Of a DNA stretch of 50,987 nucleotides, positions 20,101-29,838 are shown piece by piece. Position 1 is the stretch's first letter. Each line of letters opens with the position of its first letter. Source of the stretch: Coriobacteriia bacterium (GTDB lineage Bacteria > Actinomycetota > Coriobacteriia > Anaerosomatales > PALSA-660). A program made the position numbers and the translations under genes. The DNA lies in the NCBI GenBank assembly GCA_023252055.1, contig JAHEXP010000005.1, forward strand, positions 1 to 50,987, written 5' to 3'. Below the pieces are notes generated by a model. It was not told the origin of the DNA. It ran no database searches and saw only the letters and a list, made by a program, of their open reading frames with translations.

Positions 20101-20977
20101 GCCCCCGGATCAGCGTGGCCACGCCCACGCTGCGATCGAGCTCCACTCGCTTCTCCTCCGACATGAACCGGGACACGAACCGGACGAGGCGCGACAGCGC
20201 CGAGTCCCGACCGCGCTTGGGCCCTTCGCTGAAGAGGCCCGTCCACGCGGCCTCGATCCAGCCGAACGGCTCGAAGAACGCGCTCCCCTCTTCGGGCGTG
20301 AACAGCGCCGGGGAGCCGCCGCCCTTGAGCTCGTGCCCGGCCGTCCGCACGCGCTTCACGACGTTCGCGCCGGTCAGGTCGGTGAGCCAGCGGGCGAAGA
20401 CCGGCTGATCGGCGAGATCGCGAGCGAGCGCGGCCACGTTCTCCGGAGGCAGATACGACAGCAGACCCTCGGAGATCACGAGAACCTTGCGCGCCCGCCG
20501 CGCCACGTCGTCGAACAGCTCCCGGCGCGCCGCTGCGTCCGAAAGGTCGACCGCCACGCGCTCGAGCCTGCACCGTGGCGTCTCTTGCGTCAGCAGCGCC
20601 TCCTTGTACTCGACGATCCCGGGGAGGTCCGCCTCGACCCACAACAGATCCGCCGGAAGGGTGAGCCTGTACGGTCGCGCGTCGAGCCCGGCGGCCAGGT
20701 TGACCACCGCGTCGAAGCCTTCGTCGGTCACGGCGGATGTGATCAGGTCGTCGAACACGGCGGTCCGCATGACCACCGCGAAGCGCACCGCCTTCTGCTT
20801 CACGCGACGGGCGATCTCGGCTCCCCGCTCTCCTGCGAGCCGACGCGCCAGGGGGTCGCGGAACAACGCGTCCGGGCGCTCGGTTTCATCGGCCCGGTAG
20901 GCGGCGGTCCAGAGCGCGGTGTCCGAGACGGTGCGGATGAGGGGTTCTGCTTCCACGAGCGGCTCCTTCACATGCAT
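20090..20977 (-). CDS. Class I SAM-dependent methyltransferase (LCM / TIGR00027-like O-methyltransferase).
   Basis: 295 aa with TALWTAAYRA...DPLARRL...VVNLAAGLDARPYRL. Its 3' end overlaps the ADH gene by 11 nt. Confidence 0.8.
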   Translation of the reverse strand: MHVKEPLVEAEPLIRTVSDTALWTAAYRADETERPDALFRDPLARRLAGERGAEIARRVKQKAVRFAVVMRTAVFDDLITSAVTDEGFDAVVNLAAGLDARPYRLTLPADLLWVEADLPGIVEYKEALLTQETPRCRLERVAVDLSDAAARRELFDDVARRARKVLVISEGLLSYLPPENVAALARDLADQPVFARWLTDLTGANVVKRVRTAGHELKGGGSPALFTPEEGSAFFEPFGWIEAAWTGLFSEGPKRGRDSALSRLVRFVSRFMSEEKRVELDRSVGVATLIRGPRA

Positions 20978-21047
20978 GCGGGACCGTCGCCGGCTCGGGG
21001 AGAGAGTTCGGTGAAGGCCATGCGCCGATGTCAGCGCATAACCTCTA

Positions 21048-21056
21048 ATTATACCA
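21048..21056 (-). promoter_or_regulatory. Extended -10 promoter element (TGGTATAAT) upstream of the SAM methyltransferase gene.
   Basis: The reverse strand reads tttaTGGTATAATtagagg inside an AT-rich island, about 70 nt upstream of ATG 20977. Confidence 0.4.
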
Positions 21057-21139
21057 TAAACGGGCCGAAAATGCCAGCTCAGCCCTTCGCCGGATACGCA
21101 TGAAGTACCACGAAGACCGGGGATCCACCCACCGGCCGA

Positions 21140-22468
21140 TCACTTCACCAGTAGCGAAACGCTCCCTGAGTCCACAGTCGCATACGGGCCCCAGCCGAGG
21201 TACTTCGCGGTGAATCGGTACGTCCCCTTGAGGCCCGGCTTGAGCTGCATCGACCATGCACCGGCGACCAGCTTCCGCTCCGCGAGCGCCACGGCGTTCG
21301 TGGACCCGGGGCGCGTGACGTACACGCGAACCGTGCCGTACGAGACGGGCGCGCTGACCGTTCCGTCGATGGTCGCGGTCGCGGACCGGGCGAGCGTCGC
21401 CGCCGAGAGCGTGCAGGTACTGGACACCGGGGACGCGTCGAAGAACCGGACGTCGTCCACGACCGCCGCCGTGCCCGCCGAACCGTTGGCGTCCACGCCG
21501 CCCGCCAGCCGGACGCTTATGGTCGCCGAGGTCGTGTTCGCGGGGGCGGTGGCCGTGATCGACATCGCCGTGAGGGTGGAGGTCCCCACGTGCGAGGTCG
21601 CCCCACTGAGCGATGTGGTCTTCAGCGTGGCGCCGGCGGCGTTCACGAACGTGATGCGCGTCTCGAGCCCCCGCGGATCTGCGCTCGCGTTCGCCCACAA
21701 GGACAACCGGTAGGGGACTCCCGACTTCACAGCCTGGGTCTGGCGCATCTCGACGACGTCGCTGGACTTGCCTGAGTCGTTCAGGAGCCGGAGCGCGGAG
21801 TTGCCGGTCTTCGTCACGTCGACGGCACGGCTACAGACGATCGAGCCCCACTGCGTGTTGGGGAACTCCCACCACACCGGCACCGAGCGCGCCCACACGT
21901 CGAACGTGGGGTTCGCTGCCAGGTTCCACTGAGGTGCACCCGTTGAGATCTTGTCGTAGCGGTATGCGCGGTACCCCTGCGAGAGGACGGATGCGACGTC
22001 CTTGATGTTGCACTGGGTGCCGTTGCCGCCCTGCGTGCTCGACGTCTGTTCGTAGACCACGTACTTCGTGTGCGTCGCGTCCAGCCATCCGACGAAGATC
22101 GTCGCGTGCCCCCAGCTGCCGCTCTTCTTGGGTCTGATCATCGCGTCGCCTGGCTTCAGGTTCGCTACCTTGATCTTCGTGTCCACCCGCCACAGCGAGT
22201 CCGTCGCCCACGACGTGCCGGTCTTCCACGACATGGACGTGAAACCGGAGCAGTCGGCGCGGTACCCGCGGAAGTAGCCCGACCTCAACTGGCTGTAGGG
22301 CACCTTGATGTCGATCCACGTCTGCGCGCGCGCCAGCACGCTCGCGCGCGTGATCGCGAAGGCATCGGTGGTGACGAGGGCGAGCAGGATGGTCGCTAGC
22401 ACGAGGACGGCGCCCGACCGCAGAGGGAAGCGACGGTGACGTTCGCGGCGCGTGGTCTCGTTCATCAT
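21140..22468 (-). CDS. Secreted NlpC/P60-family cell-wall hydrolase with a CBM4/9-like jelly-roll domain and the shared C-terminal module.
   Basis: The ORF was trimmed to MMNETTRR (residue 250, GGAGG 7 nt upstream). It has a signal/TM segment, the catalytic region YRADCSGFTSMSW...GHATIFVGW, and the C-terminus TRPGS...KGTYRFTAKYLG. Confidence 0.8.
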   Translation of the reverse strand: MMNETTRRERHRRFPLRSGAVLVLATILLALVTTDAFAITRASVLARAQTWIDIKVPYSQLRSGYFRGYRADCSGFTSMSWKTGTSWATDSLWRVDTKIKVANLKPGDAMIRPKKSGSWGHATIFVGWLDATHTKYVVYEQTSSTQGGNGTQCNIKDVASVLSQGYRAYRYDKISTGAPQWNLAANPTFDVWARSVPVWWEFPNTQWGSIVCSRAVDVTKTGNSALRLLNDSGKSSDVVEMRQTQAVKSGVPYRLSLWANASADPRGLETRITFVNAAGATLKTTSLSGATSHVGTSTLTAMSITATAPANTTSATISVRLAGGVDANGSAGTAAVVDDVRFFDASPVSSTCTLSAATLARSATATIDGTVSAPVSYGTVRVYVTRPGSTNAVALAERKLVAGAWSMQLKPGLKGTYRFTAKYLGWGPYATVDSGSVSLLVK

Positions 22469-22590
22469 GCGGCTGCCTCCGGCGGAAGTGGACCCCCACG
22501 GACACACCGGGCCCTGCAGCCCGGCGTCGAGGCAAGGTATCGGCAGTTCGAGTCCCGCGCTGAAGCGGATCGGGCGGCCTTTACCGCCTG

Positions 22591-23235
22591 TCAGTCTACG
22601 CCCTCGGTGAGCCTCGCCGCCAACCGCTTGCACCTGTCGAGCTCCTCCCGGAGTATCGGCGAGTCCACCACCTCGGTCTCCTCGAACTCCAAGGAGAAGT
22701 CGCTGCAGAACCGCTTCGCCTTCTCGCGGTACGGTTCCAACTCGTCGGCGGGCATCCCCGTGTTGAAGAAGAGTCCCCGTTTGTAGTGGGTGAAGAGGCG
22801 CTTCGCCATCTCCATCGGGTCGCGGCCGTACTTGGCGGCGCGGTCCAGCTTCAGTTCCTTGATCACCATGTGCGCGCCCACCTCGGCCCACCCGGGGCTC
22901 ATGAACCACGTGCCGACCTCGTGCTCGATCTCTTTCGAGTAGCGCTCCGGGGTGAGCATGAACATGATGCAGTCGTCGTAGGGCGGCAACACCGTCGGGA
23001 CCTTGACGAGCTTGTCGATGTCCTTGAGCGACTGGCAGTACCCGTATCCGAGGAATACGGCGTCCACCTTGCCTTCCAGCGCGTCGATCTGCTCGACGAG
23101 CGCGTCGCGCATCTTCTCGGGGTAGATGTGGAGCGCCGCCTCCAGATACACGACCTCGGTGATGTCCGGGTCGCCCTCGATGAGACGGGCGATCTCGTGC
23201 TTGATCATGTCGCACGCGATGACAGCTATGCGCAT
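22591..23235 (-). CDS. DUF1638 domain protein, a family usually linked to corrinoid methyltransferase genes.
   Basis: Trimmed to MRIAVIACDMIKHEI... (Met35). The pattern matches DUF1638 (VFLGYGYC, WFMSPGWA). Confidence 0.75.
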   Translation of the reverse strand: MRIAVIACDMIKHEIARLIEGDPDITEVVYLEAALHIYPEKMRDALVEQIDALEGKVDAVFLGYGYCQSLKDIDKLVKVPTVLPPYDDCIMFMLTPERYSKEIEHEVGTWFMSPGWAEVGAHMVIKELKLDRAAKYGRDPMEMAKRLFTHYKRGLFFNTGMPADELEPYREKAKRFCSDFSLEFEETEVVDSPILREELDRCKRLAARLTEGVD

Positions 23236-23257
23236 CGTGTAGGGCCTCTCGTGTAGG

Positions 23258-24883
23258 TCAGGCGCTGGCGCTCGGGAACCGCATCGCCGAGACGAAGGTG
23301 TTCTGGAAGTCGGGGTGGCCGGCGAGATCGATCGCACTCACGTGGCGGGCGATCGATTCCGCGCGCCGCCGCGCGGCCGTGTCGAGCAAGGCCATCAACG
23401 CGCCGGTCATGGCGGTGTTGCCCGCGAATGAGACGCGGTCGAGCCACATCGGGGGGATCATCCCCATGCGCACGAGCGCCGCGGCCTTCACGTGGTAGCC
23501 GAATCCCCCGGCGATGACGAGCTCCGCGACGCTCTCGGGCGCCACACCCGCCGAGTCCAGCAGCATCTCGATCCCGGATGCGATCGCGGCGTTCGCCAGC
23601 TGGACCTGCCGGACGTCCTTCTGCGTGAGCAGTACGCCCGGAGCGATCTCGAACACACGCGTGCCCTGGGTGTCGGAGATCCGGGCGGCAAGCGGATGCG
23701 GCCCTTCGGCGCGCAGGCGGCCGGTGGGGTCGAGGACGCCTGCGTCGAGAAGGACGGCGACGAGGTCGAGCAACCCGCTCCCGCACAGGCCCCGGGCCTC
23801 CCCGCCCCCGATCGTCTCGTAGTGCAGCTCCCCGGCCTCGTCCATCGAGACGCGCTCGATGGCGCCCGCTTCCGCCCGCATGCCGTAGGCGATGCTGGCG
23901 CCTTCGAGCGCGGGGCCGGCTGCGGTGGAAGCAGCGACAAGCCCTTCGGGCGTGCGCAGGACCATCTCCCCGTTGGTGCCGAGGTCTATGAGCAGCGCGG
24001 ATGTCTCCTGTTCGGCCAACCCCGTCGCGAGCAGCCCCGCGGTGATATCGGCGCCGATGAACGCGGAGATGCCGGGGAGCACGTAGACCGCCGCCTCCGG
24101 CATGCCGGTGAGACCCACTTCTGCGGCCGGACGCTCCACAGGATCGACGAACGCCGGCTCGTAGGGGGCGACGCCGAGCGGAGCCGGGTCGATCCCCAGG
24201 AGTAGGTGGATCATCGTCGTGTTTCCCGCGAGCGCGACCTCGCGCAACGCGCGCATCGGCTGTCCGACGGTGCGCAGAACGTCAGCGATGAGACGCTCGA
24301 TCTCGGACGCGATCGGCTCGCGCATGGACTCGGTGCCGTGGGCCGCCACGTGCGTTATACGAGACATCACGTCATGGCCGAACGGATGCTGCGGGTTGAG
24401 CGCTGACGCCGAGCCGAGGCGCTTGCCGGTCTCGAGGTCGAAGATCGCGGCCACCACCGTCGTCGTGCCGATGTCCACGACCGCCCCGAGCAGCGGCCTG
24501 CCCCCGGTGATCCCGCGTGCCGCCGGCGACTCCAGCGCGATCTCGCGCTGTTCGCCGGTCTCAAGGATACGGAGGCCCGCCGAGGCGCCGTGCGCGTTCG
24601 CAAGCGGCCGCACCGTGACGTCGCCGGTGACGCGGGCCCGGCACGACAACCGAACGTCGCCAGCCAAGCGCTCCTCGCCGAGCATGGTCCGCTCGTCGCC
24701 CGTCGGCGGCTCCAGAGCACCCACGGCCACGACCGCGCAGCGGCCGCACGTGCCGAGGCCGCCGCACGGGTGCTCGAGGGCGACCCCCGCGCCCGCGGCG
24801 ATCTCCTTGAGGGTCGCGCCGGGCTCGGCGGAGACATGTACTCCGTCGGGCTCGAACGTGACGGTGATCGGCTGGTTCGGCAT
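23258..24883 (-). CDS. RACo-type reductive activator of corrinoid proteins ([2Fe-2S] ferredoxin domain plus ASKHA/DUF4445 ATPase).
   Basis: 541 aa with N-terminal CGGLGTCGRC...C (CX5CX2C) and GAVVDIGTTTV / IDLGTNGE ASKHA phosphate motifs. Confidence 0.85.
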   Translation of the reverse strand: MPNQPITVTFEPDGVHVSAEPGATLKEIAAGAGVALEHPCGGLGTCGRCAVVAVGALEPPTGDERTMLGEERLAGDVRLSCRARVTGDVTVRPLANAHGASAGLRILETGEQREIALESPAARGITGGRPLLGAVVDIGTTTVVAAIFDLETGKRLGSASALNPQHPFGHDVMSRITHVAAHGTESMREPIASEIERLIADVLRTVGQPMRALREVALAGNTTMIHLLLGIDPAPLGVAPYEPAFVDPVERPAAEVGLTGMPEAAVYVLPGISAFIGADITAGLLATGLAEQETSALLIDLGTNGEMVLRTPEGLVAASTAAGPALEGASIAYGMRAEAGAIERVSMDEAGELHYETIGGGEARGLCGSGLLDLVAVLLDAGVLDPTGRLRAEGPHPLAARISDTQGTRVFEIAPGVLLTQKDVRQVQLANAAIASGIEMLLDSAGVAPESVAELVIAGGFGYHVKAAALVRMGMIPPMWLDRVSFAGNTAMTGALMALLDTAARRRAESIARHVSAIDLAGHPDFQNTFVSAMRFPSASA

Positions 24884-24923
24884 CCGGTATCTCCGTGTGT
24901 CGGGTGGGTTGTCGCAGGCCGGG

Positions 24924-26897
24924 CTAGAGCAGCGGTGGGCCCGAGGCTGTGGCCACGACGGTCAGCTCAACGAACACGTCGTCGTCGCGCCGCTCCTGCT
25001 CCGCCACGACCTCGTCGAAGGAGAGCGAGACCGAGACGACCGTGGCGCCGGCGGCCGCTGCGGCAGCGCTTGCCGCCTCGCTCGCCAGCTCCTCGGCGCG
25101 CTTTCGCGCCGTCGCGTAGTCATCGTAGCGCTCACGCGTCGCCGGGGTGATGACCGCGAACTGCTCGCCCGCCTCCATCCGGACCCGCGCTTCGGCGCGC
25201 TCGATCACGCGCCCGGCGAGCGCCCCGAATGCGTTGGCGACCTCCGCATGCTCCGGGACCACGAGGTCGGCGGCGAGCAGCTCGCCCGCCGACGGGAACC
25301 AGGCCGCGGCCGGAGCGCCGACGGCGACCAAGGGGACGCCGAGTGCGAGTCGGGAGCGCAGCGCGCCCTCACGGCCCTCCGCGAGCAGGTGGTCGAGAAG
25401 CGCCGCCTCCGCAGCCGACGGTTCCACCCCCCGGCGGTCGCCCGCCAAGGCACGCGCGGCCACCTCGAGGGCGAGGCGGGACCCAACCTCACGTCGAACT
25501 GACGCACCGAGCGCCTCGGCGTCGGTCCGGGCCGACGCTGCCATCAAAGCGAGTCCGGCGACCGACGCTCGTCTTGAACCCAGGTCCAATTCGCCGGCCG
25601 CGACCAACACATCGGTCGGCGTGGGAGCGATCTCGGCCACGTGGCCCGATCGGACGAGGGCATCGACGTCCACGAACGGCCCCGCAACGCCGGCGGCGCC
25701 GTCCACGTGCAACGCGCGCCCGTCGATCGCATCGAACAGGGCCGCCAGAGACGGCGAAAGATCACCTTCCGGCCTCCGCACCAGGGTCAGGTAGACCGGG
25801 GGCTCGGCCGCTTCGCCAGACGCAGCCGCGTCGACGGCCGACTCGAGTTCCGCCGCGAGATCGGGGAAGCGCTGGGCGGCGGTGCAGAGCGGTACCGCTC
25901 GGTCCGGGCCGAGCGAGACGAGCCCGCCGCGTTGGACCCGGATACGGCTGTCACCACCGAGGCCGACGGTGCGAACGTCGAGCGCTTGCACGCGCGTGCG
26001 CCATCCTCCCACGAGCGCTCCGTCGGAGCTGACCGCGGGCATGCCGCCGGAAACGAGTGCGATGTCGGTGGTCGTCCCACCCATGTCGGCCACGAGCGCC
26101 GAAGTGAGACCGGAGAGGCGACACGCCCCGACGACGCTCGCCGCCGGGCCTGACAGCACCGTGTCGACCGGACGCAGCCGCGCCATCCTCTCCGCCGTCA
26201 ACGACCCGTCGCCCTTCACGACCATGAGGGGCGCGGCGATGTGGAAGGCGTCGAGCGTGCTACGGACGGCGTCGAGAAGGTCCCGCACAAGGGGAAGCAG
26301 ACGGGCGTTGAGCGCGGCGGTCGTTGCCCGCTCCACCATGCCGATGCGTTGCGACAGCTCGTGGCCGCAGACCACCGGGGCGCCGCAGGCCGCCGCGACC
26401 AGATCGCGGAGCGCTGTCTCGTGTTCCGAGTTGGCGACACTGAAGTACGTGGAGACGGCAACCGCGTCGACGGTCCGTCCCATTCTCGCGACCGCCGCGG
26501 CCGCGGCCTCCAGATCGAGCGGAGTCCGAACGGAACCGTCGGGGCCGTGCGCTCCCGCGATCACCGCCACGTCCATCGCCGGCAGTCCCGCCGGAAGTGC
26601 GAACGTCTCCGGGTCGGGCACTGCCACGATGAGCCCCACCCGCGCCCCCTTCCCTTCCACGACCGCATTCGTCGCGAGCGTGGTCGAGAGCGAGACCAGC
26701 TCGACGCCTCGGAACAGGCCGGCGTCGATGGCAGCGAGCGCGTCGCGGATCCCGACGGCGAGGTCTTCCCGCGTCGTCGGCCGTTTCGCCTTCGCGAGTA
26801 TGGCTCCGCAAGTCAGATCCACCGCAACGGCGTCCGTGAAGGTCCCGCCGGTATCGATCCCGATGCCGATGCGGGTTTCGTTGATGCTTCGGGGCAC
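24924..26897 (-). CDS. Stand-alone hydantoinase/oxoprolinase-family (HyuA-like, ASKHA fold) protein.
   Basis: 657 aa with a GTG start 4 nt after the upstream stop. It has N-terminal IGIDTGGTFTDAV and central ADMGGTTTDIAL. No HyuB partner is present in the window. Confidence 0.8.
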   Translation of the reverse strand: MPRSINETRIGIGIDTGGTFTDAVAVDLTCGAILAKAKRPTTREDLAVGIRDALAAIDAGLFRGVELVSLSTTLATNAVVEGKGARVGLIVAVPDPETFALPAGLPAMDVAVIAGAHGPDGSVRTPLDLEAAAAAVARMGRTVDAVAVSTYFSVANSEHETALRDLVAAACGAPVVCGHELSQRIGMVERATTAALNARLLPLVRDLLDAVRSTLDAFHIAAPLMVVKGDGSLTAERMARLRPVDTVLSGPAASVVGACRLSGLTSALVADMGGTTTDIALVSGGMPAVSSDGALVGGWRTRVQALDVRTVGLGGDSRIRVQRGGLVSLGPDRAVPLCTAAQRFPDLAAELESAVDAAASGEAAEPPVYLTLVRRPEGDLSPSLAALFDAIDGRALHVDGAAGVAGPFVDVDALVRSGHVAEIAPTPTDVLVAAGELDLGSRRASVAGLALMAASARTDAEALGASVRREVGSRLALEVAARALAGDRRGVEPSAAEAALLDHLLAEGREGALRSRLALGVPLVAVGAPAAAWFPSAGELLAADLVVPEHAEVANAFGALAGRVIERAEARVRMEAGEQFAVITPATRERYDDYATARKRAEELASEAASAAAAAAGATVVSVSLSFDEVVAEQERRDDDVFVELTVVATASGPPLL

Positions 26898-26901
26898 AGC
26901 G

Positions 26902-27972
26902 CTAGGCCACGTTATGGCCGTCGTAGCGCCCGTACTTCCGGGCCGCCATGATCAGCGCATCGACATTCTCGAACGGCGTGTTGATCGGAACCTCGCAGCC
27001 CGAGCCCAGGATGAAGCCGTGCGGGGAATCGAGCGTCTTGACGCAGATCCCCTTGGCCTCCTCGTCGATCTGCTCAGCGGTGTTCTTGAGCATGTTCGCG
27101 GGAACGACGTTGCCCAGCAGGACGACTCTGTCTCCGACCGCCTCCTTGGCCTCGGCCAGGTCGACCGCGTCCAAGCTCCAGAGGTCGAAGTCCGTGGCCA
27201 GCATCGCCTTCCAGTTGGGCTTCGTCTTGCCGCAGATGTGCAATGCGGCGAGCGGCGCGCCCTTGGCGTGCAGGTGATCGGAGACGCGCTTGAGGTACGG
27301 CGCGACGAATTCGGTGAAGTGGGCAGGGCTCACCAGCGACGCGGAGCCGATCGGCTCGACGATGATCGGCAGGCCCCCGCGCTCCATGATCGCGTCGATG
27401 AAGCGAAGGTTCGCCTCGGTCGTCAACTCGAGCAGCTCGTGGACCTTGGCCTTGTCCTTGTAGAGCTCCCGTGTCATGAGGTCCAGCGGGCGCAGCGCCG
27501 CCGCAGTGGTGAAGGGGCCGCCCAGAACCACCGAGACGACGACCTCGCTCCCCACCTCCTTGACGCAGTGCTCGAGCGCCGTGAGGTAGACGGGCAGCCG
27601 GCCGTCCTTCTCGGGATCGGGCATGTTGATCCGCGAGAAGTCATAGCCGTCCTGGAGGAGAAACTCGTCGATCTGCGGTGCGTCCTCATCGAAGAACTTC
27701 ATCTTCGTGCCCATCGCCTCAGCGAGCGTGGAGGTCGTGGAGAAGATGGTGACGAGGTCGTTGCCGTAGCGGCGCCACGTGGCCACGTGGGCGCGGCCCA
27801 TGACGTCGCCGTCGCGGTTATAGACGCCGACGGGAACGCCCAGGACCCGAGCAGCATGGTTCAGGATCAGCGGGAAGCACGCGACGCGCTGCGGGTGCTC
27901 GCCCTTGAGGTAGGAAACGACGCGCTCCAGCGAGGACTGGGTGTCCGCAGGAACGTTGACGAGAGTCTCCAT
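26902..27972 (-). CDS. URO-D superfamily MtaA/CmuA-type zinc methyltransferase (copy B).
   Basis: 356 aa with GGAAAGG upstream. It carries LHICGKT (H-x-C) and GSGCEVP. Confidence 0.85.
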   Translation of the reverse strand: METLVNVPADTQSSLERVVSYLKGEHPQRVACFPLILNHAARVLGVPVGVYNRDGDVMGRAHVATWRRYGNDLVTIFSTTSTLAEAMGTKMKFFDEDAPQIDEFLLQDGYDFSRINMPDPEKDGRLPVYLTALEHCVKEVGSEVVVSVVLGGPFTTAAALRPLDLMTRELYKDKAKVHELLELTTEANLRFIDAIMERGGLPIIVEPIGSASLVSPAHFTEFVAPYLKRVSDHLHAKGAPLAALHICGKTKPNWKAMLATDFDLWSLDAVDLAEAKEAVGDRVVLLGNVVPANMLKNTAEQIDEEAKGICVKTLDSPHGFILGSGCEVPINTPFENVDALIMAARKYGRYDGHNVA

Positions 27973-28001
27973 CAGGTGTGACCTTTCCGTATGGGAGCGG
28001 G

Positions 28002-28661
28002 CTAGGCAGCGGCCGTCGCGAAGAGTTCGGTGGCCACGCGCACAGCGCTGGAGGCGTTGTCGGCATAGCCGTCTGCGCCGATCTTTTCCGCGAACGAACG
28101 CGAGATCGGGCCGCCGCCGATCATGACCTTGAACCTGTCGCGGATGCCCTCCTCATCTAGCATCTGGATGATCGCCGCCATGCCGTCCATCGTCGTGGTC
28201 ATGAGCGTCGAGAGGCAGATGAGCTGGGAGTTGGTCTCCTTCGCCTTCTCGATGAAGTCCGCGAGCGGGACGTCGCGCCCGAGGTCATGGACCTCGAAAC
28301 CGGCGACGTCGAGCATGATCTTCACGAGGTTCTTGCCGATGTCGTGGGTGTCACCCTTCACGACCCCGATGACGCATCCGATCTTCACACCCTGGTCCGC
28401 CACCTTGAGATGCGGCCTGAGGACGTCCAGCGCGGCATACATCGCGTCCGAACAGATGAGCAGCTCGGGGACGAAGTACTCCTCCTCGTCGTAGAGGCGC
28501 CCGGCCTCGTTCATCCCCACGACGAGGCCCTTGGTGATCGCTTCGTACGCGTCCATGCCGGCGTCCACCGCCTCGTGAGCGGCGGCTACTGCAAGGTCCT
28601 CGTCGAGATCGAGGACACCTCTGGCAAGGTCGGCGAGTATCTCTTCTGTGGAGCGCGGCAT
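28002..28661 (-). CDS. Corrinoid (B12-binding) methyl-carrier protein, MtaC/MtbC/MttC-like.
   Basis: The start was placed at the second ATG (AGAAAGG 9 nt upstream). The DxHxxG motif is GDTHDIGKN, followed by a GG.. Rossmann-like B12 domain. Confidence 0.9.
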   Translation of the reverse strand: MPRSTEEILADLARGVLDLDEDLAVAAAHEAVDAGMDAYEAITKGLVVGMNEAGRLYDEEEYFVPELLICSDAMYAALDVLRPHLKVADQGVKIGCVIGVVKGDTHDIGKNLVKIMLDVAGFEVHDLGRDVPLADFIEKAKETNSQLICLSTLMTTTMDGMAAIIQMLDEEGIRDRFKVMIGGGPISRSFAEKIGADGYADNASSAVRVATELFATAAA

Positions 28662-28716
28662 GTCCGGTGCCTTTCTCATTGGGGTCAGCCGGCCGCATCG
28701 CGTGCGGTCGGGACTT

Positions 28717-29787
28717 CTACCGTCCTACAGCGACCGAGCGGAGCTCTCGCTCCGCGCCTTCCCAGTCTTGGGCGGTCGCCACCACGTCGGCGACCGCGCG
28801 GATGTTGGCCAGCGGGGTGCGCGGACCGATGCCGCACGCGGGGGCGATGATGTCGACGCCCTCGAGCACGCGGTTGACCGCGACGCGGCGCAACGTTTCC
28901 GCCTTCCCATACTCCAGAAGGTACGTGCTCACGTTGCCCATCGACGCGTGGTCGGGCGCAAGTGCACGCAACGTTCGGAACGACACGTTGCTGTCGATGC
29001 TGATGACCGGCGCGCTCACTTCACCCAGCACGCCGCCGAGCGCCTTCACGTCCCCGCAGATGTGGACGATCGAGTGCACGTCGCGCGCGGCGAAGTGGTC
29101 GACGATCCGGTTGATGTAGGGCAGTGCGAATTCGCGGAACGCCTTCGCTCCGATGATCTCGCCGGTCCCACTCGGGTCCGCGATGCAGACCGTGTCGGCG
29201 CCGGCCCCGACGAGCGCATCACCGAACGCGATCGCGGCGTCTGCCGAGAGCTCGAGGAGCGCGTGGGCGGCGGACGGGTCGCGCCGCATGGCGCGGTAGA
29301 AGATGAGCGGATCGACGAGCGAGGTCGCGAGCGATATCGGACCTGTGACGCACGCGATCATCGGCAGATCGGGGCGCTCGGCCACGAGCAGCCGGGTCGC
29401 CTCGGCCGCGGTGGCGGCCCTGTCACCGCGGACGTCGAACGCGGCGAGGTCGTCGATGGCGGACAACCCCGCGATCGCATACTCGGTCACGCGCGGCTCG
29501 GTCTCGGCGGAGCCCAGGTCGACGGTCGCGCCCATGCCCTCTGCTTCGATCGTCATACAGAAGGGCGCGCCGAGGTTCTCCACGCCCGCGAGGTCGACCA
29601 TGCCCAGTACGAGGCGGGCCATGCTCTCGGGATCGCTGTGTGCGGCCGGCCATGAGTCTCCAACGGAGCTCATGACCTCGGTCACCGCCATGTTCATCAT
29701 GCCGCCGGGGCAGATGAACGGAGGCCGATCGACCGCATCGCGGCCGAGAACATCGCGCAGCCGCTGCTTGGGAGTCCGGATACCCAA
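28717..29787 (-). CDS. URO-D superfamily MtaA/CmuA-type zinc methyltransferase (copy A).
   Basis: The ORF 28717..29883 was trimmed to an in-frame TTG at 29787, because a promoter-like element lies inside the longer ORF. It has an N-terminal TPKQRLRDVLG..VDRPP typical of MtaA, VHICGD and IIAPACGIG. The start is uncertain. Confidence 0.75.
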   Translation of the reverse strand: MGIRTPKQRLRDVLGRDAVDRPPFICPGGMMNMAVTEVMSSVGDSWPAAHSDPESMARLVLGMVDLAGVENLGAPFCMTIEAEGMGATVDLGSAETEPRVTEYAIAGLSAIDDLAAFDVRGDRAATAAEATRLLVAERPDLPMIACVTGPISLATSLVDPLIFYRAMRRDPSAAHALLELSADAAIAFGDALVGAGADTVCIADPSGTGEIIGAKAFREFALPYINRIVDHFAARDVHSIVHICGDVKALGGVLGEVSAPVISIDSNVSFRTLRALAPDHASMGNVSTYLLEYGKAETLRRVAVNRVLEGVDIIAPACGIGPRTPLANIRAVADVVATAQDWEGAERELRSVAVGR

Positions 29788-29838
29788 CGTGATCCGTTCG
29801 GTCGCTTCAGCACGTCTTATGCAAACCAGAGTGCAAGC

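Noticed and set aside
22469-23215. An N-terminal 249-aa extension of the NlpC/P60 ORF (track ORF 21140..23215).
   Set aside because: The extension overlaps the DUF1638 gene in another frame. A good GGAGG SD and a signal/TM segment begin at Met250 (22468).
22591-29787. An apparent compositional mosaic in the corrinoid operon. Methyltransferase B, the corrinoid protein and DUF1638 look less GC-rich than the HyuA-like and RACo genes.
   Set aside because: Third codon positions are still mostly G or C in all six genes. The difference seems to follow amino-acid composition (Lys/Glu/Phe-rich versus Ala/Gly/Arg-rich proteins). It is not evidence for separate acquisition unless GC3 and codon statistics are computed.
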